Shown piece by piece: positions 24,501 to 36,500 of a stretch of 64,000 nt of DNA; within the stretch, counting starts at the first letter, position 1, and each line of letters opens with the position of its first letter. This stretch comes from Phoronis australis (lineage: Eukaryota; Animalia; Phoronida). The stretch is taken from contig NMRA01000077.1 in NCBI GenBank assembly GCA_002633005.1, forward strand, positions 372,001-436,000, written 5' to 3'. The notes under the pieces were generated by a model. That model searched no databases. It was given only the letters and a program-made list of their open reading frames with translations, and had not been told where the DNA came from. Both the position numbers and the translations under genes were made by a program.

Positions 24501-27500
24501 GACACCAGTGACACCTTCAACTACACAGGCTCCTACAGTGCAACCATCAACATCACTGGCCATTGTGGAAATTACCCAGCCACCAACCCAACCTCAAACA
24601 GAAGCTCTAACACAACCCCCTGCTACTTCACCATTTCCATCGTCTGTTCTTGTGGAGACGACACTTCTGCCGCGGCTAACATCCACTGCGGAAGCTGTTC
24701 GACCTCCACCAACAACGCAACCTCTTCTCGAAACAGCTCCACCAGGTGGTACTACTTCACGCGGTAAGATGCACTAATATTACTAGTGTTGTTTTTACCA
24801 ACAAACTAGTTGAGTACTGTTATAATCTCGTCTGCTGGACGAAAACTCGATCTGGTGTGGATGGTGTTCTTGCGACTAGTCAAGGTCATCCCATCCAAGG
24901 AGCTCAAGACATACATTTTATTTAACTTAATCTAGCTATTTTATTAATGAACAAGCATGTGTGTGTGTTCATCATGTGTGTGTGTTCATATGTTTCCTTT
25001 CTCATGGGGCTTGGTATTTACACATCGTGTTTCTGGTTTTCTAGCTACTCCTGGTAAGCTCAAGCAATTCACAACACCAACTCCACCTAGCGTTAAAGGA
25101 TGCACTGATGTGGACATGCAAAACTTTCCGTACAAATTGTCGACATCGAGTGGCAACGGAGCCGATCTGCTCACACCAGAGGGTTGGGATTCTGAACCTT
25201 TGGCCAAACCAACACCGATGATTGAAATTGTCCTGTCTGAGCCTGACCAACCACCGACTGTTGTAGGAACTCTGGTGGTTGAGGTTTCTGGAACTGAAGC
25301 CAACCTGAAACAAGTCCACGTGTACAGCGACACTGCTAATCCTGTGTCATTGACTTTCACACCTGTACGTCAAAAGAGTATTCTGTAATTTCACATCTTG
25401 TTGCTAGAATATTGCAAAACATACATAGTTTGTAAACTTTTGTGTATAACATCCAAGTCTCTTTGGGATCAACCATCTGAGTACCAATAAAATTGACTGA
25501 ATAGACACCTGTGACGTATCTAAATCCACACAGGGCTAATTAGGGCAAGCGGTAACTGCAAACATAAATCATGCTAGTGGTGGTGAATCTACCTGTTCAA
25601 GCCATCAGTTTACAATCAGTGTTAAAGTTTACAATCAGTGTTACAGTTTACAATCCGTGGTACAGTTTACAGTCAGTGTAACAGTTTACAATCAGCGTTA
25701 CAGTTTACAATCAGCGTTACAGTTTACAATCAGCGTTACAGTTTACAGTCAGCATTACAGTTTACAATGAGTATAACAGTTTACAATTAGAAGAAACCAA
25801 AACAGGGTGCACCCCAGAACATGGATCAAAACGGTGCGCCCCAGAACATGGATAAAAACAATTTTTCAAGATGGCACTGCATGAAGCTTTAATAGTTTAC
25901 TGAAATCACTGAAAGTTTTTTTGTTTGTTTTGACCTCATTGCAGGGAGAGCCTATCGTAATTGAATCTGTAGTAGCTCGTATTCTCAAAGTCAACTTAAT
26001 CCCCAACAATAAGGAGGAACCAGTCAAAGGTGTACGCCTTGTGGAAATGTGTGTCAAGGAAAAGTGTAAGTTTAGTAAATAGTTCAAACCCTGATCTGGC
26101 AGATGTTGCAACATGGCATTTTGAGCTCGATTATGGAATGCGCATTTGAGTAGAAAGCATCAACTCTGTCCCAGTTGTTGCAGCCGCTTGTCGCGATAGT
26201 GAAAATACTTGTGGGAAAGGAATTTTCCAGCTTTCAACCAGTCACAATGTTCAATTTTAACGATTTCAACTTCATTTTTGCTACATGACATAGTCGTTTT
26301 AGTGTTGGAAATGTTGTGTTTCACTAGAAGTTGTAGATCAGTTCCAGCAGTCTCAAAAGCAAAAGTAGTTAGACGGCATCAATGTTGAAGAGCTTATTTA
26401 TTTTTCAATTAGTGGTGAATAAAACATCTCCTGTGGAAACTACTCCTGTACCTGTGGCTTCAGTTGAGACTACACCAAGTCTTCCAGCAACCTCTCAACC
26501 TCCAACAGGAGCACCCAGCAAGCCACCAGCGACAGAGCCAGTTGTCATTCCAACAACAACACCCCAAGAGCCAGTGTCGAGACCGACCACGACCCAACCA
26601 CCAGCACCACTGTCAACCCAACTACCAACAGAGACAGTTGAAGGTATGTTATGTCTTAGCTTTGAAAGTATGTTATGTCTTAGCTTTGATGGTATGTTAT
26701 ATCTTAGCTTTGATGGTATGTTATGTCTTAGCTTTGATGGTATGTTATGTCTTAGCTTTGATGGTATGTTATATCTTAGCTTTGATGGTATGTTATGTCT
26801 TAGCTTTGATGGTATGTTATGTCTTAGCTTTGATGGTATGTTATGTCTTAGCTTTGATGGTATGTTATGTCTTAGCTTTGATGGTATGTTATGTCTTAGC
26901 TTTGATGGTATGTTATGTCTTAGCTTTGATGGTATGTTATATCTTAGCTTCTGTATAGTTGGTCTCCCGAGGGGCATGGCATATTGTCACAGGTACGTGT
27001 TTCTTCTGCATCTCAGTTTCAAAATGGCTGAATAGATGCTGGAATTTTGGCATTTTACTGATGTGGAGATCTTTGTTCCTCTCAATTCATGCTGAAAATG
27101 AAGCGATTCTTCTCACCTATGCTGTTCCTTGTTTTAGAATTGCCGTATCTGTGTCCTGTTATTTCTTCCGTCATGAATATGTGACATAACCTATTCAGAT
27201 GTCTCCAAATTCTTCAAGAGTTCTTAGATTGTTAAGATAAGAATTCTAACTGGGTAATTATGTGCACAAGCCAATTCGGCCTAGTGTCTAAAGGATATAG
27301 TTACACCTGTTCCACAATTTGTAAACAAAGAAGGTGGTCACAAAATTAAACATTTGTGACTTGTGCTATTCAAATCCCAACGGATGTAGGTATTTCATAG
27401 TTAGATGTTGGCCTGTGGTCTACTTTCTGAGGCTATGTTTTTGTGCGTGCGTGCATGTGTTTTACCACAGAGATTCCTGACAAGCCTGTTGTTAAGCCAT

Positions 27501-30500
27501 GTTCTGATGTGGAGGGTATGATACAGGGTTTACCCTTTGTATGGAACCCATTCACACTCAACAGTTGTTGTGTCAAGGTTTTTTGACATTTTTACTATCT
27601 ATGGTTGTGTTTTCCTTTATTTAGAATTGACAGAGAAGAATCATTTTTCGACCTTGATACCAACGTCCCCACTGACATCAACCCAGCCAGCAGCTGAACT
27701 GTCAACACAACCACCAACCAGTATGTTTATTTTGATATAATTAATAAGCAAGGCTAAGTCTCGTTTTAAAAGTAGTGAACTGCAAGCATTTAGAATAGAA
27801 TGCAGTTGATTGTCTGCGTAATGACTTTGCAAATGTCGTATTTTGCTTTAATGTGGTTTTAGGTTAGATATTGTGAAGAAGTCACTATGTGCCTTCTGAC
27901 TCAATTAGATGCTTTTAATGTTGTTTGTGTTCTTCATATTTTGTTATGTTTTAATTTTGTTTCATTTACAGCACAGCCACCACATCCTGAAACAACAGTG
28001 TCTCCTACTACTTTGGAAGGTGAGATGAATAAATAATTATCTACCAGATTTTGAAATAATAGTAGCGAGATTTTGCTTAGGGATACCAAATTGTAATGAT
28101 TATGTCAATTCTTTGAATGAAATTCTGCGTGATGTATCAGGTGTCAAAGCAGATCCTACACTAATTAGAGAAGGACTGGAACTTACATTACTATTTGTAT
28201 CCGCAAGGTTAACAGCCAGGTTGACTATATGGTCTACCGAAAATGCACAAGCAGACAGTGGATTCCATTCCTTCATTGTCCTATTGTGTCATTTGTGAAT
28301 ACCTTCAAAAGCTGTTATATTCAGAGTTCCTTGACAGTCTTGGTAAATACGTTACTTTCTATTAAGGAGACGACAACACCTTTCTATTTTTGGCAGACGG
28401 ATCAAGCATATTCTGCACCACTTTGCAGCCATTTTTGTTATTTCAAATCCTTTTAGCACAAACCTCTCTATCCCTTAACTGCTCAAAGGAACTAAGAAAA
28501 CTGCGGACATTTTCCTTTTTACAACTGCGTGACTGATGTTAATCTTCTGAGAGGTCCAACCTACTGTGGTGTCTCCTAGTGACAATTTTTGTTGTATCCG
28601 TAGGTTATCTTCTCACAGGAATTTTGCGCAATTTGTAAGTGTATTCCTATGAACCTGACAAGAGATGATAACTTATTTCAGGTGGACACGACTACCACTG
28701 TGCCGTACAGTGTCAATTTCTTTTATGTTTGCCTTTATGTCTCTGGATATCCTAGATGGATTTTCATGAAATTTGGCTGATAGTTTTCTATTACAGAGGT
28801 GACGAGGTGTTCTAATTTCTGAACCGATTTAACATATTCTTTGCCACCTAGTGGCTGCTTTTTTGGTTATAAACCCCACAAGAAGCATACTGCTTGCATT
28901 GCAGGGGTATTTACTGTAAGAACATACTCTAATTTTTGAGTTTGCAGCATATTTTAATCTCCTACTTTCTTTTGCACTCATGTCCTTTGTAATGAAAGTT
29001 ACATGATTTACTGACCATTTAAAAAAATGTTGGCTTGACTCTTTAGCTCTGTGCTCGGTTGACATGAAGTCTGTGAGGAATGTGCTACCCAAGCTTGCCA
29101 TCAAGCCTGGTGACGTATTGGGTTACGTTGAGAAAGATGGTATAGACGGATTTACAGATGGCGATCAAGAAGTGACCGTGAACAGCAAAGTCAAGTTGGA
29201 GAGTGGTGTTGTCATCCATGTGGACTGTAACAACTGGTGAGTATATGGGCGGATGGGCTCACGTATGGAAGTGGATGGGGGCGTACTGCCAACTTGGCTG
29301 GCTATATTTTGGTTGAGGTTGCAAGTTGAGGCCAGTTTCATAACGGTGAGTTGTCAGAAACATTATGCTTTACAATCCTGTTTTGTATTGAATTTTTTCA
29401 TTATTGAAGTTCTTTATGAATTCTTAACAAAAATATTTTCAGTTACCTTCATCTCACCTACTTTATGAAGTTGTGGTTACTGTCTTTTGTGATGGTGTTG
29501 TCCTCTTCACCCATAAATGTTCTTTGCAGCACCTGTATAGATGGTAAATTGGACTGCACCACCAGTGACTGTGAGTGTGAACAGTCGTCGTGGTCAGCTT
29601 GCTCAGTGACGTGTGGTGTCGGCACTCAGACCAAGTGCAACGGTCAGCTGACACAGGAGTGTAGTCTTGACGCCTGCCCTGGTATGTGTGAAATGACAAA
29701 AGTGTAACGTGTAAAATTTTTGTACTACAAATGTCTGATACTCGATGTGAATTAATGCAAATAATTTATAGAGATCAAATTGCATAGCAGTTTGTAGGTG
29801 TGTCCAAATTTTGCAGATGTGCAAACAATTTCACAGAAATGTCATGCAATGTAGTCAGGTTGGAGTTGATTGTCTAATCTTTAGTGTACCTTGCGGTGAG
29901 AAAGCTTACGGGATGTAAACAGCGAATTCTATCCCAAAATTCAATATTCCCACCTGACTGACCAATCAATGAGTGGCTGTCATTTTCCTAGCATACACAA
30001 ATAATGTCCCAAGCATACCATACTCGCAAAACACTTGCCTTTCAATCGCAAGTTTTGGCTGGTATTGCTTTTTTGCGAGATTCTGCAGTGGGCACCCCTG
30101 CAGATCAATCACCCCCTCCTGTGTGTTTCGACTGCCCTCTTCTAATAAACTTCATGACCACTGTTCTGCTTCAGTCAATGGCAAGCTGACACCATTTGGA
30201 CCATGGAGTAATTGCTCCGTTGACTGCGATGGAGGTGAACAAAGACGAACCAGGAAGTGCTCACCTCCAAAGAATGGTGGTGCTGCCTGTCAGGGTGAAT
30301 TGGTTGAGACGAAACCATGCAACACTCAGCCTTGTGGTAAGTCATGCTCNGGCACTTCTTTTCATCAGTAACTGATGCTTTGCTGTTTCCATCTCGTGCT
30401 CATGCTGCACTTTAACCACAGATATTCGTGGTTCATATGTTGTGTACCACAATGCACTGTTAACTTATTAACGTTAACTCTGCCTCTGACCTAGTTTGAC

Positions 30501-33500
30501 TAAAGGCATTGAAAACGACCTAGAAATTTAAAAATTTTATATTGGTGATTAAGTTATTAATTACTCACTACAAATTCAGTTGACATTGTGAGTGAATGTT
30601 GAAATAATGAACAAGGTAATGTCACGTATAGGTTAAATTAACCAAAAACAATTTACCACATAATTAAGTGAAAACCAGGAGATTTTGACAACTCTTGATA
30701 TTTTCGGCTCCTTGTCACTTTGGCAAATAGACTTAATTTGAACTTAGGAAGGAATGAAAACGGCTCGGTGGATTTCACTGAAACTTTTCAATTTTAGTAT
30801 TTATTCATGAATCTCAGAAATATTTTTAGGATTTTTGTTTTAAATGCCTTGTTTTCCATACCGTATGATAGAGGAATATGATTACTATTTTTTAAAAAAT
30901 ATCTTAAATTACATTTTGTTAATTTGGCAAACAAACTAAACTAATTGAGTAACTGAAAATCCTTAATGTTGTTGGTGAATTATGAAGTTTTCATTTAAAA
31001 AGGGCTTCATTAAAATCGAAACTTGTGAAGAAATCTTGCTATGGAAATTATGGCAATCTCCATAAAAAATCATGACTTTTTAGAAAATAAAATGCAGTCA
31101 CATGATTGCAAACATCTGGGTATTATTTTTGTGCACGTAGAGCTGATCGTTGCTCATGGTCTGTTCTTTGCCTCACTCTCTACCGTTTTGATTTCAGCTG
31201 AGAAGTGCATGGCACCTAAAGAGTTTGTCACATGTGCCAACGATTGTCACAAGACTTGTGCGAGTCTGAGCAGTCAGTGTGACGAAACCGATAAGTGTGA
31301 GGCAGGTTGCGCTTGTCCTGATGGAATGCTGGAACATGACGGACGGTGCGTGCCTGCAGCCGAATGTCCATGTCTGGATAAGGATGGCAACGAGATCCCT
31401 GCTGGAATGGTTGACACCACCAAAGAATGTGAGGAATGGTGAGTGGTGGTGTTCTAGCTCTGTTGGTCACGTGATGTTTTTGTTAAACATTGACTTTCCT
31501 TTGTTTACGTCAACTTAAAACACAGATTCTTCCATCTGAAAGTATCACTAAAATAACAACATTTTGTTAAGTATCACCCTGCCTACTTTTATCTTTCAAT
31601 AGTTAATTTTTCAGATTTTGTGAAAATTGGTGACTGACTTCGGCAGCCTTATTGTTTGTACACCAATTAAAAATTTTTGAAATTTATGTCAAATTCTTTT
31701 CATTTTGAAATGTTTGAAGGTTGCAGTATGAAACATCAGAAGAATTTGTAATGAAGACAACAGTTTGAGGATTTCTTTTCCTTTTCTGGATTTTATTTGA
31801 TCTCGCGAGAGTACAACAACTTAATACTATCCTGTTATTCCAAACCAGCCTGTCTTCTCTACACTGTATGACCCCTTGTAGCTACTGGTGGTGGTAGATA
31901 ATAACACGGTCAGGTGATTACTGCTTTGTTTCTTCATTTTGTTAATTTCTTGTTCCTTCCGTTGTGCATAAACCTATTTGGTAAGCACTCTACAATTTTG
32001 CACACTCTACTCGGTTTCTAGCATTGGTTTGATATATCTGACGACATTCTGATGATTTTGCACACACCCATCTAGTGAAAATTTAAATATTAAATGTGTA
32101 AAATTGTGGAGTGATTACCAAAAGTTTTCCCATTGTCTTAGAACAAAAAATTTAAGCCTTATGCTCTTAGTTTTTGAAAGGTATGTAACAGAATTTATGA
32201 ATATTGCTTTGTATAATTTTATGACTTCAGCTTTCCTTTATTTACTTTAAAATGCTGTGTGAGAGAACTGAAGGGATGGTATCAGGATGTCACATACACA
32301 AAATGTTTGAGTTGAAGCCACTGGTGGTACCATGTGACATAACCTTTAAATTTGCCTGAGTGTGAAGTTTCTTTTAAAACCACGTATGGTTAGGTTAAGT
32401 CAAAGTGACTTCAAAGTAAAATCTGGCTGCAAATGAAATCAGCGTACTCCACATGGCTATTGTTTTAATCACTGAACTAAAAAGGTCTCTAAGGTACTGT
32501 AGACTGGAATCCTAAACTTGGCAGACTGCACATGGCTTTAAAATAAGCAGGAAAAACATGGCTTCACCAACCTTTTCACTTCTGAATACTTGGCTTAATA
32601 AAGTCCTTCTCTTAATGAAAAGGTTATCTGATACTTCTTTTTTCTCTAAGTCTATTTGTTCATCTTGGTGTGTATCAATATAGTAATTAGACTTCATTTT
32701 GACCTCTTGCAGTGTGTGTAAGGATGGAAAGATTTCTTGCAAGAGTAAGGAATGTGATGGTAAGTTTCATTGATGGTTGTGCTCTTGCTTCTCACAATTT
32801 TCAGATTATGCTGACACAAACAATGATGCATTCTTGTCTGTAATTCAGTTTTGGCATTTCTAAAATCTATTGGTCTATTTACATCAACCTCTATCCTCTT
32901 TACATTTGACATTGTATCACTATATTGCCAAGAATGTAAATAGGCTAGAACTTGACGTAAATAGATTGACAAATTTTAGAAATGAAGATACGATATCACC
33001 AACTCAAAGTGGTTATAGCAAGCTGAGTCAGTTTGGATTTTTAAATGCACATGTGCACAGCAAAATACTTCATGTAAATACGATGTGCAAAGTTTGAGCT
33101 ACGTATGACAAGTCATTGTATCAACACTCATGGTATTAATGAAGATTGACAACATTCTGTAAGTAAGTAAGGCGTGGAAAATGTGTTGAAAAGATGCCAA
33201 ATTGACCAAAATCACATTCATAGAAGTTAACATTCCCTTTTAAGTCCATAGAGCACTTTGTTGTTTATCAGACAAATTATTTAGTGAGAGCACTTTATTT
33301 TTACACTAGGGGCTAGTTGCCGTTGCTCATTTTTTCTACCAGAAATTTTTTTCCTTTGTTGAAGAGAAAAAAATGCTTTTTCCACATCGCTCTAATTATT
33401 TTGAATTTAGCTTTTCATCTGTGGTTGCATTGTTGCTTTTTTGGAATTAAGGCTGTTATATGGCACCTTGGAAAGAATTTTAAAAAACTTATAAATAAAT

Positions 33501-36500
33501 AGTACATCGATATGTTGCTGTATGCTGGATCTATTCCAATTGTCAATCTTAGTGGAACTTATTTTCATCTTGCTGTGTGGAATTTTTCAGTCACAGGTTT
33601 GTCATGATTTATCACTGATTTTGATACTTCTTATTCTCATAATTTTTGCATTTTGTCGAGGAACTTATCAACTGATAGTGGTTCTACAGGCTCTTTGCAT
33701 TGACAGAAACACCCTCTCTATATTTCAGTTGACTGTGGTTGGTCTGATTGGTCTGACTATGGTACTTGTAGCACCACCTGTGGTGAGGGTGTGCAAACCA
33801 GACATAGGTTAGTTTTAGAAATACGTTTCATGTGGAATGGTGCTGCAGTTTTCTGTAATTATGAGATAATGTCAGTGTTTTGTGTAGGATTGAATGAAAT
33901 ACAAAAAATTCTGGAGTTATAATGTCTGTGGTCAACTTGTTAGCTTTTTGCCATTTGTAAAATGTGTTTTCTTGAATAACATAATCGTCTGCATGGATTG
34001 AGTTTTGCCCAGGACAGAAACTTGTAACAATTAGGTCACGTATGTGATGCAACCCTGTTGACTATAATGAGTTCTATATTATTTACGAAACAAGATTTAT
34101 GCATGATCTCTTACATACCTCTGAATTAATATTCTTCAGATCACCCAACAATCCAGTACGTAAAAACAATGGCTCAGAATGTGTTGGACCTCGACAGGAG
34201 ACGCGACCTTGTAACTTGACAGACTGTCCATCTGAACATTGTCTGTATGAAGGTCAACAATATGAGCTGGGTGAGACGATTAAGGAGACCGAATGTGACA
34301 TCATGTAAGTTGTTATATCATGCAAGTTGCTATGGAAACGGGTTTTCATTGCTTACCAATGATGCTACAGGGTACGATTTGGCGAACTGCAGGTTGCCTC
34401 TAATTTGATTTGAAACCTGGTAAAAATTCCAAGTCGTGACGTACACATCCAAGCACACACTCAAATAGTATTTGAAGTAAACAGACGATTGTAGGTGATT
34501 GCTGCACATTTTGGTGAGTTTGTCGATTCTTTAAGTAAGGTGTGTTGTTAATTTCATTTTGGCTGTTGTAGGACTTTTGCAATCCCTTTTAAAATGCTAT
34601 TTCCTTGTTTTGGTGACCTGGGTTCCCATTAGGTGACCTGGGAATTCTGTCAGGTCGCATTTGGCGAGTAATGCGTTTTGCTAAGCATCAAACCCTGCGC
34701 TAGCAGCAAGACTGTAATGGTTTTCAATCAACCTTTTGAAGTTGCTAAATCAATGTTTTTTTACCATTTTTTGTTAGTCTTGAATTGTTAGGGGTTGAAA
34801 CTAGACAAAGTTTTTTTTCCACAAGCAGTTTGGGTGCATAATGCTGTTGTCTCTGTCTGGACATCCGGCATCTGCTGCTGTTTTTGTAAACCTCTTGGAA
34901 GATTTTCAGTAAAGTTTACAAAGTGTTCTTATGGAGCTGACAATAGATGATGATGACTTTTGAATGAATACGACTACTGCTGCTCCCACTAGTGGCATTT
35001 TCTTTTTTTATGACTCCCTCTATCTTTGGAGTTTCTTAATGGACATTGACTGATGAAATTTGTCAAATAGCTTTCTATTAAGGAGACAACAATGTTTTCC
35101 CATGAATTTTGATTGGATTTGACATATTCGGTGCCACCTAGTGGTCATCTTTTTTATTGTTTTCTGTCTTGAGTCCGCCTCTCTATTTGCCAAACTGATT
35201 ATGAAAATTGGCAGATATGTATTCCTAACAAGACTTTGCCTACTGCAGCTTTTTAGTGGCATTTTTGTTTTTGTTTTGCCTGTAGTTCAACGTCTACGAA
35301 TTTCCTTGGTGTATTTTCATGAAATTTGGTTTATGTTTTCTATGGCTAGCATTGCTTTTTGGATTGGTATAATTACAAGAGCACCCCCTATTGCCAATTT
35401 TGTCTCTTGTCTAATTATCTACCAAGTTCCTTGGTGGACCTCTGTGAAATTTGTTTTGTATGTTTCTTTTGAAGAGAGCATGGCTGACTTTGATTTCGGG
35501 ACAAATTTGACTACTGTGGCAACCAATAGTGGCATTTTGGGTTTTCTTCTCCTATGCCTCAGTGTTTTTCAACAAGTTCCTTGATAGATCTTCATGAACG
35601 TCAGCTATTAAGAAAATAAAAGCACCTATGATGGATTTGGCCTTTTGCACTCCCTAGCGACCATTTTTAGTATTACCATTCCTATTTTTTTGGCGTCTGC
35701 TTCCCAATCTGCAAATGACTGAAAACTCATGAAAGTTTTAAGATATGTTCCTTCTGTGGAGAGAATGGCCAGCATTAATTTTCGAACTGTTCCACTGCAG
35801 GGTCCCTTGGTTGCAATTTTATTTTTTTTGCACCTGCCTCAATATCTAAGTTTTTTATGGATCTTCCTGAAATTTGGCTTGTTTTCCTATTGAGGAAACA
35901 TCAGCTCATGTCTGTTTTGTGCCCTAGAGACAAATTTTTTCATGGTGTCTGCCTCAATTATATCTTGCAAGTTTTTTGTGGATGTTAGTTAAATTGGTGT
36001 TCCTAATGAGGTGATCCTGCACAACTGATGTTGATTTTTGGACCATGGAAATATTTCAAAAATGAACACCTTTTATTTCTTCATTGCTCTTGCAGCAAAT
36101 GTAACGAGAATGGGAAGATTGCCAAGATTACTAATCCGGCCAAAGTGGGTGAGTATTAATGAGCACCTTTGGGATTACTTTTTATTTGTTCATCTTTGTT
36201 GGACATTTTACTCAATTTCTTGATAAGTGTTATTGGTTGTGATATACACCACGACTCATTTTGAGATCTGCGCTCACCAACTAAAATAAAAACTTGTCCA
36301 CATCAATATCAACCATGAAAAAGTTTCTAGTTTTTTTGAAAAGCTACACAAAGGCAAGGGCCATGGTTTGAAATGCAATGATTTGCCAAGCAATGAGTAG
36401 GAATAGAGAAATCCCGAATCATTTTCGCTCATCTTGGGTGTTTTTTTTTTGAAAAATACCGCACCACCAACCCCAATTTCAAAAAGACAAACTAGCTAGT

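Noticed and set aside
26464-26977. Long repetitive ORFs (ALMVCYVL)n and (PSKLRHNI)n
   Set aside because: These are alternative-frame readings of the 24-bp minisatellite, not independent genes.
35141-35584. 147-aa hydrophobic ORF resembling a membrane protein
   Set aside because: It lies within a T-rich decayed copy of the HINE-like repeat; the hydrophobicity comes from base composition.
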